This document shows, one piece after another, positions 1 to 8,894 of a DNA stretch of 64,000 bases. The stretch lies in contig SCTX01000098.1 in the NCBI GenBank assembly GCA_004298385.1, forward strand, positions 22,309 through 86,308, in the 5' to 3' direction. Every line of letters starts with the position of its first letter. The stretch's first letter is position 1. This DNA is from Betaproteobacteria bacterium. GTDB lineage: Bacteria > Pseudomonadota > Gammaproteobacteria > Burkholderiales > SG8-39. The notes under the pieces were generated by a model. The model did no database searches. It was given only the letters and a program-made list of their open reading frames with translations, and was not told the origin of the DNA. Both the position numbers and the translations under genes were made by a program.

Positions 1-1
1 G

Positions 2-442
2 CGCGGATTAGCCGAGGCCGAGCTGCGCGGACGTTTTCAGGTGCTGCCCGGACGCCCTGCGGTGGTGCTCGATGTGGGGCACAACCCGCAGGCGGCCGCA
101 GTGCTGTCGGACAACCTTTCCGACATGGGCCTTTACTCGGACACTTGGGCGGTGTTCGGCATGCTGCGCGACAAAGACATTGCCGGAGTGGTGAGACTAC
201 TCGCGAAGCGCATAGACCACTGGATGGTTTGCACCCTTCCGCCGCCGCGCGGCGCCCAGGCCGCGCAACTCGCGCAGGCGCTGAGGCAGGCCGGCGTGGA
301 CGCGGTGCGCGAGTTCGAAAATCCGGCGCTTGCCTATGCGGCTGCCTGCAGCGAGGCTGCTGATAATGATAGAATTGTAGTATTTGGATCCTTCCATACC
401 GTGGCAGGCGTTCTCGCTGCACGGGAGACACCAAAGGCGTAG
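2..442 (+). CDS. folC: Folylpolyglutamate synthase/dihydrofolate synthase, C-terminal fragment (5' end outside window)
   Basis: Frame is open from the window edge (..RGLAEAELRGRFQVLPGRPAVVLDVGHNPQAA..), matching the Mur-ligase C-terminal domain. It is followed by dedD-cvpA-purF, as in proteobacterial folC loci. Confidence 0.8.
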   Translation, partial: RGLAEAELRGRFQVLPGRPAVVLDVGHNPQAAAVLSDNLSDMGLYSDTWAVFGMLRDKDIAGVVRLLAKRIDHWMVCTLPPPRGAQAAQLAQALRQAGVDAVREFENPALAYAAACSEAADNDRIVVFGSFHTVAGVLAARETPKA

Positions 443-1030
443 ATGGCGGAAAGCGAAGAAGCCCTGCAGCTGAAGCGGCGAGCACGGCGCCGTTTGGTAG
501 GTGCCATCGCCTTGGTGTCTTTCGTCGTCATCATTCTGCCGCTCATTCTGGACAAGGAGCCCGGCCCTGCCGGCCCGCCGCTCAGTGTGCAGATTCCCAG
601 CCAGGAATCGGGCAGCTTCAACACCCCCGTCTTGCCGCCTGCGCCGGCGGCACCTGTCGCGCCTGCGACCGGGAACAAAGTCGAAAGCGCTCCCGCCAGT
701 GGCGAACAGCCTCCGGCCAAGGCCGAGCCAGCAGTGCAGGAGGGTCCCAAGGCAGCGGGCAAGACCGAAGGGCTGCGGGCGCAGGCTGCGCCCAACGACC
801 AGACCTGGGTGGTGGCGCTGGATGCGTTCTCCGACAAGAAGAACGTGAAACAGCTGCGGACCAGGCTTTCTGCCGCGGGGGTAAAGTCCTATACTGAACC
901 GGTGAAGACCAGCAAGGGCGAGTTGACGCGCGTGCGCGCCGGGCCTTTTGCCAGCAAGGAAGCCGCCGAGAAGGCGCGCGCAAAGCTGGACGCGATGGGG
1001 TTGAAGCCCGGCGCAGTTGCGAACCGATGA
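443..1030 (+). CDS. dedD: SPOR-domain cell-division protein (DedD-like)
   Basis: N-terminal TM anchor, Pro/Ala-rich linker and C-terminal SPOR-like repeat (WVVALDAFSDKKNVKQL..RVRAGPFASKEAAEKA). The ATG directly follows the folC stop. Confidence 0.75.
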   Translation: MAESEEALQLKRRARRRLVGAIALVSFVVIILPLILDKEPGPAGPPLSVQIPSQESGSFNTPVLPPAPAAPVAPATGNKVESAPASGEQPPAKAEPAVQEGPKAAGKTEGLRAQAAPNDQTWVVALDAFSDKKNVKQLRTRLSAAGVKSYTEPVKTSKGELTRVRAGPFASKEAAEKARAKLDAMGLKPGAVANR

Positions 1031-1515
1031 CGTGGTTCGATTATGCCGTGATCGCCAGCGTCGGCCTGTCGGTGCTGCTGGCGGTGATTCGCGGCGCGGT
1101 GAGAGAAATCGCGGCGCTGGCGGGGTGGGCGGCGGCCCTGATCCTGTCTGGTCTGTTCGCGCAGGAATTGGCACAGTGGCTGCCGATCGCTTTGTCGCCC
1201 ATGCTGAAGGCGGTGATCGCATACCTGGTGATTTTCCTCGGCGTGCTGCTTCTGTCGGGTTTGGCCGGCGTGCTGCTGGCAAAGCTGTTTCGTGCCGCAG
1301 GCCTGGGATTCACCGACCGCGCAGTCGGCGCTTTGTTCGGACTCGTGCGCGGTGTGCTGATCGTGTTTGTGGCGGTGATGCTAGCCGGATTGACCAGCCT
1401 GCCGAGGGAGCCCTTCTGGCGCGAGGCGGCGCTCTCCGGCCCGATTGAAACCGCGGTGTTGGCGGCCAAGCCGGCATTGCCGAAAGATTTGGCGCAACGC
1501 ATCCGTTACAGGTGA
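1027..1515 (+). CDS. cvpA: Colicin V production membrane protein CvpA
   Basis: 162-aa polytopic membrane protein in the conserved position between dedD and purF. Its start overlaps the dedD stop (ATGA). Confidence 0.8.
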   Translation: MTWFDYAVIASVGLSVLLAVIRGAVREIAALAGWAAALILSGLFAQELAQWLPIALSPMLKAVIAYLVIFLGVLLLSGLAGVLLAKLFRAAGLGFTDRAVGALFGLVRGVLIVFVAVMLAGLTSLPREPFWREAALSGPIETAVLAAKPALPKDLAQRIRYR

Positions 1516-1519
1516 AACC

Positions 1520-3043
1520 ATGTGCGGGATTCTCGGTGTAGTAGCAAGGACTCCGGTGAACCAGTTGCTCTACGACGGGCTGCTGGTGCTGCAGCACCGC
1601 GGCCAGGACGCGGCGGGTATCGCCACTTCCGAGGGGCAGACCTTCCACATGCACAAAGGCGGTGGGCTGGTGCGCGACGTATTTCATACCCGCAACATGC
1701 GCGCCCTGCCCGGCAACATGGGCATTGCCCACTGCCGTTATCCCACCGCCGGCTCGGCCTCCAGCGCCGCCGAATCGCAGCCGTTCTATGTCAATTCGCC
1801 TTTCGGCATCGTGCTCGGCCACAACGGCAACCTCACCAATTCGGATAGCCTGAAGCAGGAGATGTTCCGCCAGGACCTGCGCCACATCAACACCAACTCG
1901 GATTCCGAAGTGCTGCTGAACGTGCTGGCGCACGAGTTACAGGAAGCATCCACCAACTACAAGCTCGACCCGCAGATCATTTTTGCCGCAGTGGCCAACG
2001 TGCACCGGCGCTGCCGCGGCGCCTACGCCGTGGTGGCGATGATCGCCGGCTACGGTCTGCTCGCATTCCGCGACCCTTACGGCATCAGGCCGCTGGTGAT
2101 CGGCCGCATCGACACCGGCAAGGGCTACGAATATCTGGTGGCCTCGGAATCGGTGGCCCTGGACACCCTGGGTTTCCAGATTGTGCGCGACGTCGCGCCG
2201 GGCGAGGCCGTGTTCATCGACGAGGACGCCAATTTTTACAGTCGCCAGTGCGCGGGGAAGACCTCGCTCAATCCCTGCATTTTCGAGTATGTCTACCTCG
2301 CGCGCCCCGACTCGCTCATGGACGGGGTGTCGGTCTATGAGACGCGGCTGCACATGGGCGAGCAACTGGCGGCGAAGATCAGGAACCAGTACTCACATCT
2401 CGACATCGACGTCGTGATCCCGATCCCCGATTCCAGCCGCCCCAGTGCGATGCAACTCGCCTTGAACCTGGGCTTGTCTTACCGTGAAGGCTTCGTCAAG
2501 AACCGCTACATCGGTCGCACCTTCATCATGCCCGGCCAGAGGGAGCGCAAGAAATCGGTGCGGCAAAAGCTGAACGCGATAGCGATGGAATTCAAGGGAA
2601 AGAACGTGCTGCTGGTCGACGATTCCATCGTGCGCGGCACCACCAGCCACGAAATCGTGATAATGGCGCGCGAGTCCGGCGCCAACCGCGTATTCTTCGC
2701 CTCGGCCGCACCGCCGGTGCGCTATCCCAACGTCTACGGCATCGACATGCCCACGCGCCAGGAACTGATCGCCAACGGTCGCAGCGATGAGGAGACCGCG
2801 CGCGAAATCGGCGCCGACGCGCTTATCTACCAGGACCTGGATGCGCTCAAGGCCGCAGTGCGCGAGGCCAACCCGCGGCTGACGGAATTCGAAACCTCCT
2901 GCTTTGACGGCAACTACATCACCGGCGACGTTACGCGTGAATACCTGGATAGCGTGGAGAATCACCGTAACTGCGCCCGCGGGGAACCATCCGAGGACGA
3001 GCCAAGCACCCAGCTGGATCTGGGGCTGGTGGAGACCGACTAG
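1520..3043 (+). CDS. purF: Amidophosphoribosyltransferase
   Basis: MCGILGV N-terminal nucleophile start; I trimmed the track ORF from 1445 to the ATG at 1520. Also has the PRTase motif [13 protein letters not shown]. Confidence 0.95.
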   Translation: MCGILGVVARTPVNQLLYDGLLVLQHRGQDAAGIATSEGQTFHMHKGGGLVRDVFHTRNMRALPGNMGIAHCRYPTAGSASSAAESQPFYVNSPFGIVLGHNGNLTNSDSLKQEMFRQDLRHINTNSDSEVLLNVLAHELQEASTNYKLDPQIIFAAVANVHRRCRGAYAVVAMIAGYGLLAFRDPYGIRPLVIGRIDTGKGYEYLVASESVALDTLGFQIVRDVAPGEAVFIDEDANFYSRQCAGKTSLNPCIFEYVYLARPDSLMDGVSVYETRLHMGEQLAAKIRNQYSHLDIDVVIPIPDSSRPSAMQLALNLGLSYREGFVKNRYIGRTFIMPGQRERKKSVRQKLNAIAMEFKGKNVLLVDDSIVRGTTSHEIVIMARESGANRVFFASAAPPVRYPNVYGIDMPTRQELIANGRSDEETAREIGADALIYQDLDALKAAVREANPRLTEFETSCFDGNYITGDVTREYLDSVENHRNCARGEPSEDEPSTQLDLGLVETD

Positions 3044-3087
3044 TTTTAGAATTTGACAGCTGCGCGCTGTGGTAGTAACGTAGTGCT

Positions 3088-3165
3088 GCGCCGATTTGAA
3101 GCATAGCTTGCGGGCGCCGCCGGTTCCTGGTTTGCAGACCGGCAAACAAATACAGCTAAAGCGTG
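3088..3165 (+). promoter_or_regulatory. Candidate SAM-II-like riboswitch aptamer in the metZ leader
   Basis: Blocks CCGAUUUG / AGCUUGC / internal hairpin CCGGU..ACCGG / GCAAAC / CAGCUAAAGCG resemble my recollection of the SAM-II (metA motif) conserved blocks. It lies upstream of a methionine-biosynthesis gene and is followed by a terminator. Not verified with a covariance model. Confidence 0.35.
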
Positions 3166-3167
3166 GG

Positions 3168-3201
3168 AAACCCGTCTTAGCCGAAGCTGAGCGGGTTTTT
3201 T
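3168..3201 (+). terminator. Intrinsic terminator/attenuator 22 nt upstream of the metZ start
   Basis: AAACCCG(T)CTTAGC-CGAA-GCTGAGCGGGTTT forms a ~13-bp stem with one bulge and a tetraloop, then runs into TTTTTT. Confidence 0.7.
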
Positions 3202-3222
3202 GCTTTTCATACGGACGTAATC

Positions 3223-4395
3223 ATGACAGAGAGAATCGAATTCGATACCCTGGCGCTGCGCGCCGGCATACACCGCAGCCAGTTCGGCGAGCATTCCGAG
3301 GCGATGTACCTCACCTCGAGCTTCGTGTTCGAGAACGCCGCACAGGCGGCAGCGCGCTTCACCGGTGGCGCGGAGGGTAATATCTATTCGCGCTTCACCA
3401 ATCCCACGGTGAGCGCGTTCCAGGAGCGCCTTGCCGCCCTCGAAGGCGCCGAGGCCTGCGTTGCCACCGCTTCGGGCATGTCCGCGATCCTCGCCACGGC
3501 CATGGCTGTGCTCAAGGCGGGCGATCACGTGATTTGTTCGGCTAGCGTGTTCGGCGCCACGGTGCAGCTGTTTTCCAACATTATGGCCAAATTCGGCGTG
3601 CAGACTAGCTTCGTCGATGGGGCAAGCGTTGCCGCCTGGGAAGGCGCGTTGCGCGACAATACCAAGCTGCTGTTCCTCGAAACCCCGTCCAATCCGCTCA
3701 CCGAGATCGCCGATATCGCGGCCCTTGCGGCCGTGTCGAAACGCGCGGGCGCGCTGCTTGCCGTGGACAATTGCTTTTGTACTCCGGCTTTACAAAAGCC
3801 CTTCCAGTTTGGCGCCGACCTGGTGATCCACTCGGCCACCAAGTATCTGGACGGCCAGGGCAGGGTGCTGGGCGGAGCGGTGCTGGGGCCGCGCGGACCG
3901 GTGATGGACGGCGTTTATGGTTTCTTGCGCACTGCCGGCCCGAGCCTGTCGCCCTTCAACGCCTGGGTGCTGCTGAAGGGACTGGAGACGCTGCGGATAC
4001 GCATGGACGCGCAGTCGCAAGCGGCTCTGCAGCTTGCGCAGTGGCTGGAACAGTGCCCCCGCATCGAGCGCGTGTACTATCCTGGCTTGCCTTCCCACCC
4101 GCAATACGAGTTGGCGAAAAAGCAGCAGCGTCTGGGCGGGGCGGTGGTGTCGTTCGTGGTCAAAGGCGGGCGCGAGGCGGCCTGGCGGGTGGTGGATGCT
4201 ACGCGCATGATCTCGATCACCGCCAACCTGGGCGACACCAAGACCACAATTACCCATCCTGCCACCACTACCCACGGCCGCATCAGCCCGGAAGCGCGCA
4301 AGGCCGCGGGCATCGGCGAGGGCTTGCTGCGCGTTGCCGTGGGCCTGGAGGCGCTCAGCGACATCGAGGCCGATCTTGAACGCGGGCTAAACTAG
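3223..4395 (+). CDS. metZ: O-succinylhomoserine sulfhydrylase (Cys/Met-metabolism PLP enzyme)
   Basis: Trans-sulfuration family signature including the PLP-lysine context HSATKYLDGQG. 390 aa. The purF-metZ linkage is typical. Confidence 0.85.
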   Translation: MTERIEFDTLALRAGIHRSQFGEHSEAMYLTSSFVFENAAQAAARFTGGAEGNIYSRFTNPTVSAFQERLAALEGAEACVATASGMSAILATAMAVLKAGDHVICSASVFGATVQLFSNIMAKFGVQTSFVDGASVAAWEGALRDNTKLLFLETPSNPLTEIADIAALAAVSKRAGALLAVDNCFCTPALQKPFQFGADLVIHSATKYLDGQGRVLGGAVLGPRGPVMDGVYGFLRTAGPSLSPFNAWVLLKGLETLRIRMDAQSQAALQLAQWLEQCPRIERVYYPGLPSHPQYELAKKQQRLGGAVVSFVVKGGREAAWRVVDATRMISITANLGDTKTTITHPATTTHGRISPEARKAAGIGEGLLRVAVGLEALSDIEADLERGLN

Positions 4396-4407
4396 ACCGT
4401 TAAAAGC

Positions 4408-4434
4408 GAAAGCCGCCGCGACGCGGTGGCTTTC
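4408..4434. terminator. Bidirectional hairpin between convergent metZ and lpxH
   Basis: GAAAGCCGCCGCG/CGCGGTGGCTTTC inverted repeat (one G.T pair) flanked by A- and T-runs. It overlaps the lpxH stop codon. Confidence 0.6.
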
Positions 4435-5161
4435 AGTTTCCGCTCAGTTGCACCGCGTGGCAGCCTGATTCGTCGCAGGCGAGATAGCTCCCGGCCTGAT
4501 ACCAATCTGCCAGCACCCAGCGCTCGCAGGCATGGCCGTCGACCATGTGCACATGACGGGCGGGGCGGTGGGTATGTCCGTGGATCAGGCGCGGATAGCC
4601 GTGACGTCGAAATGTCGCTTCGACTTCGGCCGGATCGACATCCATGATTTCTTCGGGTTTGTTGCGCTTTTCCTGCTCGCTTTGCCGGCGTAGTGCTTCG
4701 ATCGCCGCCTTGCGCTCGGTCAGGGGTTTTCCGAGGAGATTGCGTATCCAAGCGTCGCTGCGTGCCTTGCGCCGGAACGCCTGATATTCCCGGTCCAGCG
4801 TGCATAGCGTGTCGCCATGCATGAGCAGGGTCGGCTGTCCGTACAGACTCAACAGGGTAGGATCGGGCAGCAGCGTCACCATGCTCGCGTGCGCGAAGGC
4901 CTCGCCGATGACAAAATCGCGGTTGCCGTGCATCAGGTAGGCCGGAACGCCGCTGCCGACGAGCCGGGCGAGGGCGGCGACCACCGTGGCGTTGAACGGA
5001 TCGCCGAGGTCGTCATCGCCGGCCCAGTACTCGAACAGGTCACCGAGGATGTAGAGCGCATCGGCGCTCTTCGCCTCGCGCTCGATAAAGCCGAAGAAAC
5101 CGCGGTTGATCCCCGGCCGGCCGGAGCAGAGGTGCAGATCGGAGATGAATAGCGTCGACAT
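4433..5161 (-). CDS. lpxH: UDP-2,3-diacylglucosamine diphosphatase
   Basis: Calcineurin-like metallophosphoesterase motifs SDLHL, GDLFEYW, GNRD and GHTH. 242 aa. Confidence 0.9.
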   Translation of the reverse strand: MSTLFISDLHLCSGRPGINRGFFGFIEREAKSADALYILGDLFEYWAGDDDLGDPFNATVVAALARLVGSGVPAYLMHGNRDFVIGEAFAHASMVTLLPDPTLLSLYGQPTLLMHGDTLCTLDREYQAFRRKARSDAWIRNLLGKPLTERKAAIEALRRQSEQEKRNKPEEIMDVDPAEVEATFRRHGYPRLIHGHTHRPARHVHMVDGHACERWVLADWYQAGSYLACDESGCHAVQLSGN

Positions 5162-5239
5162 GCGGCGATTGCGGGTGATGAGAAAACCGGAGTTCTGCCG
5201 ATCGACCCATTACCCGTCACTCATCCCCCTATCGTGTTT

Positions 5240-5731
5240 TCAACAAACCTCGGCCCGTTCCAACACCACGTCTTCGACCGGCACGTCCTGATGGCCGCCG
5301 CGGCTGCCGGTTTTCACGCCCTTGATCTTGTCCACCACATCCATGCCTTCGGCCACTTTGCCGAACACGCAATAGCCCCAGCCCTGGGGCGTCGGCGCGC
5401 TGTGGTTAAGGAAGCTGTTGTCATTGACGTTGATGAAAAACTGGGCGCTGGCGGAGTGGGGGTCGGAAGCGCGCGCCATGGCGACCGTGCAGCGCTCGTT
5501 CTTGAGGCTGTTGTTCGCCTCGTTTTCGATTTGCGCCTGCGTCGGCTTTTGCCGCATGCCCGGCTCGAAGCCGCCGCCCTGGATCATGAAGCCGTCGATG
5601 ACGCGGTGAAATAGGGTGTTGTCGTAGTGGCCGCTATTGACGTAAGCGAGAAAGTTCTCCACCGTCTTGGGCGCTTTGGCGGCGTCGAGTTCCAGGGTGA
5701 TGGTGCCGTGGTTGGTATGCAGTTTGACCAT
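5240..5731 (-). CDS. ppiB: Peptidyl-prolyl cis-trans isomerase B (cytoplasmic cyclophilin)
   Basis: Cyclophilin core [14 protein letters not shown], with no signal peptide. Confidence 0.9.
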   Translation of the reverse strand: MVKLHTNHGTITLELDAAKAPKTVENFLAYVNSGHYDNTLFHRVIDGFMIQGGGFEPGMRQKPTQAQIENEANNSLKNERCTVAMARASDPHSASAQFFINVNDNSFLNHSAPTPQGWGYCVFGKVAEGMDVVDKIKGVKTGSRGGHQDVPVEDVVLERAEVC

Positions 5732-5741
5732 AATGTGCTCG

Positions 5742-6317
5742 CTAATTGTCGGAAATGAGGGTAATGGATTTGATGATGATCGGCTGCTGCGGCACGTCCT
5801 TGGGAAAAGGGCCGCCTGGACCGGTGGGTGCGCGCGCTATGCGCATCACCACGTCCATGCCCTGGGTTACCTTGCCGAACACGGCATAGCCGTAGCCCGC
5901 AGGACTGGCGTCGCGGAAATTGAGGAAAGCGTTGTCGGCAACGTTGATGAAAAACTGCGCGGTGGCCGAGTGCGGGCTGGAGGTGCGCGCCATGGCGAGG
6001 GTGCCGACATCGTTTTTCAAACCGTTGCCGGCCTCGTTCTCGATCGGCGGGCGATCGGCCTTCTTTTCCCGAAAATCTGGATAGTGACCGCCGCCCTGGA
6101 TCATGAAGCGATCGATCACACGGTGAAAAACGAGGCCGTTGTAGAAACCGTCTTTTACATACTGCAGGAAATTGGCCACTGATTTTGGCGCTTTGTCGGC
6201 GTAGAGTTCGATGCGCACGGCGCCGGCGCTGGTATTGATTTCAACCATCGGATTGGAGGCCAACGCTTCGGCCGACCAGAGCAGGAGGCCTGATATCAAA
6301 ACTTTGAACAGTCGCAT
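5742..6317 (-). CDS. ppiA: Peptidyl-prolyl cis-trans isomerase A (periplasmic cyclophilin)
   Basis: Cyclophilin core [15 protein letters not shown] trimmed the start to the ATG at 6317, which gives the signal peptide [20 protein letters not shown]. Confidence 0.85.
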   Translation of the reverse strand: MRLFKVLISGLLLWSAEALASNPMVEINTSAGAVRIELYADKAPKSVANFLQYVKDGFYNGLVFHRVIDRFMIQGGGHYPDFREKKADRPPIENEAGNGLKNDVGTLAMARTSSPHSATAQFFINVADNAFLNFRDASPAGYGYAVFGKVTQGMDVVMRIARAPTGPGGPFPKDVPQQPIIIKSITLISDN

Positions 6318-6373
6318 GTTTTCAGCCAATGTAGAGTTGCGCTTGTTGCGCAGACGAGAAGCCGTCCGCGCGG

Positions 6374-6421
6374 ATCGCCGATTGTGCACGGATGAAAAGC
6401 CATCCGTGCACAATCGGCGAT
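6374..6421. repeat. REP-like perfect hairpin (21-bp arms, 6-nt loop)
   Basis: ATCGCCGATTGTGCACGGATG-aaaagc-CATCCGTGCACAATCGGCGAT. Confidence 0.8.
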
Positions 6422-6459
6422 CTTGTATAAAACCCCGCCCTGTTCTTGTCTTTATCCAT

Positions 6460-6508
6460 AACCGTGTTTTTTGCACGGATGCTTTTTATCCGTACAAAAA
6501 ACACGGTT
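6460..6508. repeat. REP-like hairpin (21-bp arms, 1 mismatch) sharing the core of the first hairpin in inverted orientation
   Basis: AACCGTGTTTTTTGCACGGAT-gcttttt-ATCCGTACAAAAAACACGGTT. The core GCACGGAT-GCTTTT-ATCCGT is the reverse complement of the core of hairpin 6374-6421. Confidence 0.75.
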
Positions 6509-6533
6509 GGCGCGCGTAGCGCGCAAGCTTGGA

Positions 6534-7727
6534 TTAAGCTGCGCCCTCGTAAACAATGCGCCACTTGCCGCCTTCCTTGGTCCAATACTGGCGCTTCTTC
6601 ATGGTATTGGACAGGTTGTTCGAGCGGTAATTCTGGTCGAAGGTCACTACGACCAGTTCGTCCTTGCCGGGATTGCGGAACATGCTGAAATTGGAAAGGT
6701 GCAGCTTGATCCAGCTCTTGCCGGCGTTGACGTGGCGCTTGTGCCGCACCCAGTCCGAGTAGTTTTCGCGGTCGGCGGAAAATCTCTTCGAGTAGTGTGT
6801 CAGGTAGCGCTCGGTATCGATGCTTTCCCAGTCGTTGCGCCAGCGCTCGATTTCCGTATTGAGCGCGTTGCGCTCCGCGTCCCAGTCATCCAGCGACAGC
6901 CATTCGACCTGTTCGCTGATGATCACCGGCGTGAGTCCGATTTGCAGCTTGTTGGACAATGCGTCCAGGTCCGCATTGGCCAGCACCACGCAGCCGTTGC
7001 TCGCGCGCGGCGCGCGGCTGTAGGTATCGCTGGGCGTGCCGTGCAGCCAGATGCCATGGCCTTTTCTGCCATGGCGCTTGTCCCATTCGTTGGGGTAGCT
7101 GATGGGGAAGGCGCCGCTGCCGTAGAAATCGGAAAGTTTGTTTTTGGGCAGGCTGGCGGTGACGTGGTATACGCCCACGGGGGTTTTTTCGTCCCCTTCG
7201 CGCGTTTTCTCCCCGCCGCCTTTGCCGGTACTGATGTAATAATCGGCGACGAAGCGCGGCCGTCCGTTCTCGTTCTGGTACAGATACAGGCGCGAGCGCT
7301 TGTTGTCGACGACAATGGCATAGCGCTGATCCTCGCGCATTTGCATCAGATAGCGCGGCACCCGGTCCCGCGACGGGCGATCGCGATAAGCATGCAGGCG
7401 CGCGCGCGCTTCGGCGCGCAAGTCATTGAGCTGTTCGCTCGGGCCGCGGGGCGCGTTGCCGAAGGTCTTGAGTGCATGGCCGCGAGCCAGCAGCAGGTCG
7501 CCTTTGATCAGATACGCCAGGCGGAAATTGGGTTTGGCCCGGAGCAGCGCCTCGATGGAATTGAACGCCTGATCGAGGCGGTTGCTCTCGATTTCCTCGA
7601 ACGCTTTGCCCAGCAGGTCGTCGGTACTCTGATCTGCCCGGACGGGGGCGGTGGAAAGGAAGAAGACACTGGCGAGGCCCAGGGCCCCGGCGATCAGTGA
7701 GTTAGAGAATCCGCGCCGCAACTGCAT
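6534..7727 (-). CDS. L,D-transpeptidase (YkuD domain) with C-terminal NTF2-like domain
   Basis: YkuD catalytic region HGIWLHGTP...SNGCVVL, plus a signal peptide. I set the start at the ATG at 7727; the track start at 7730 is a TTG. Confidence 0.8.
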   Translation of the reverse strand: MQLRRGFSNSLIAGALGLASVFFLSTAPVRADQSTDDLLGKAFEEIESNRLDQAFNSIEALLRAKPNFRLAYLIKGDLLLARGHALKTFGNAPRGPSEQLNDLRAEARARLHAYRDRPSRDRVPRYLMQMREDQRYAIVVDNKRSRLYLYQNENGRPRFVADYYISTGKGGGEKTREGDEKTPVGVYHVTASLPKNKLSDFYGSGAFPISYPNEWDKRHGRKGHGIWLHGTPSDTYSRAPRASNGCVVLANADLDALSNKLQIGLTPVIISEQVEWLSLDDWDAERNALNTEIERWRNDWESIDTERYLTHYSKRFSADRENYSDWVRHKRHVNAGKSWIKLHLSNFSMFRNPGKDELVVVTFDQNYRSNNLSNTMKKRQYWTKEGGKWRIVYEGAA

Positions 7728-7730
7728 CAA

Positions 7731-8738
7731 TTAGTTGACCCGTTCTTCGCGTATTAGCCATTTGCCATTGGTTTTGACCATGACCAGCGTTTTGGTTCCC
7801 GAGGCTTTGATCACGTCGGAACGGTAAATCTGACGGAAGTTCACGCTTGCAGCGCCCTCTCCGCTGATACTGACCTTGGGCGACTCGATTCCGACCTCGA
7901 TCTTCTTCGGCGCGCTAATGCGCTGCTTGCGCGCTTTTTCCCAGTCGCCGCGCGCCTCGCCCTTGGGCGTCTTGAAGTCCTTGGCGTAATGCGCGAGGTA
8001 GCCGGCCACATCTTTCTTGGCCCAGGCGCTGGCCCAGGCGCGCACGGTGTTGATCAATTCGTCCGTTTCGGCGGCCTGGCCTCCGGCTGCCTTGGGTTCG
8101 GCCGACTTGGGCTCGGCGCCTGATTTGGCGGCGCTAGCGACCACGCTGACCTTGGCGGCATCGGCGGCCTTGGCCGGGGCCGCTTCCGCCATCTTGACCG
8201 GTTCCGGGCGCGCAGGGGCGCGGGCCGTGCGTGCTCCGCCGCCGATCAGCTCGCCTATCATGGCCAGCTTGGTCTTGGCGCCGGTATTGGAGGAGTCGAG
8301 TTGCAGCGCTTTGTCGTAGGCCTGGCTGGCGAGCTTGGCGTAAATATCGCCCAGGTTCTCATGCGCGGTGGCGTAGCTCGGATGCGTGCGTATCGAGCTT
8401 TCCAATGCGGTCCTGGCCTTCTCGTACTGGCCTTGCGAGGCATATAAAACGGCCAGATTGTTGAATGGCTCGGGCAGCTCGGGGTAGTCCTCCGACAGCT
8501 TCGCGAACACCTGGATCGCCTCAGCCGGCCGGTTCATCTCGGTCAGGATCAGGCCTCTCAAAAAACGCGCCTGCGCGTCGCGCGGCTTGCCGGCCAGGAA
8601 TTTGTCGACGCGCTCGAGGGACTGGGGCAACTGGCCCTGCCGCATCATGCGAGTGATGTCCTGCAGCTCGTCGGCGTGGACGGCGGCGGCCAAAACGAGG
8701 CTGAGCGTGACTGCGGTGCGGCGAAGGAGTGGGTGCAT
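7731..8738 (-). CDS. TPR-repeat periplasmic protein with the same C-terminal domain as the downstream L,D-transpeptidase
   Basis: Only the last 335 codons of the 695-aa track ORF look coding. The ATG at 8738 gives the signal peptide MHPLLRRTAVTLSLVLAAAVHA, followed by TPR repeats and then W..W..YL.HY.K.F...GKW.I. Confidence 0.7.
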   Translation of the reverse strand: MHPLLRRTAVTLSLVLAAAVHADELQDITRMMRQGQLPQSLERVDKFLAGKPRDAQARFLRGLILTEMNRPAEAIQVFAKLSEDYPELPEPFNNLAVLYASQGQYEKARTALESSIRTHPSYATAHENLGDIYAKLASQAYDKALQLDSSNTGAKTKLAMIGELIGGGARTARAPARPEPVKMAEAAPAKAADAAKVSVVASAAKSGAEPKSAEPKAAGGQAAETDELINTVRAWASAWAKKDVAGYLAHYAKDFKTPKGEARGDWEKARKQRISAPKKIEVGIESPKVSISGEGAASVNFRQIYRSDVIKASGTKTLVMVKTNGKWLIREERVN

Positions 8739-8894
8739 TGTGTTATACTTTCTCGCGCCAGTACGATTAACTTCGCATTCTAGCAAGAACACCCGAACCT
8801 CCACAATAGAGGCAACTGTCAAGGTTTCGGTCGTGGCTCCGCCTTCACGCGGAAAACGCGGCGCAGCCGACCGCATCCTGGCCGCTTTTTGCGC

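Noticed and set aside
6471-7700. 409-aa plus-strand ORF
   Set aside because: It is antisense to the L,D-transpeptidase gene, which has clear family motifs. The product is Ala/Arg/Gly-rich with no recognisable domain. This is a typical GC-rich shadow ORF.
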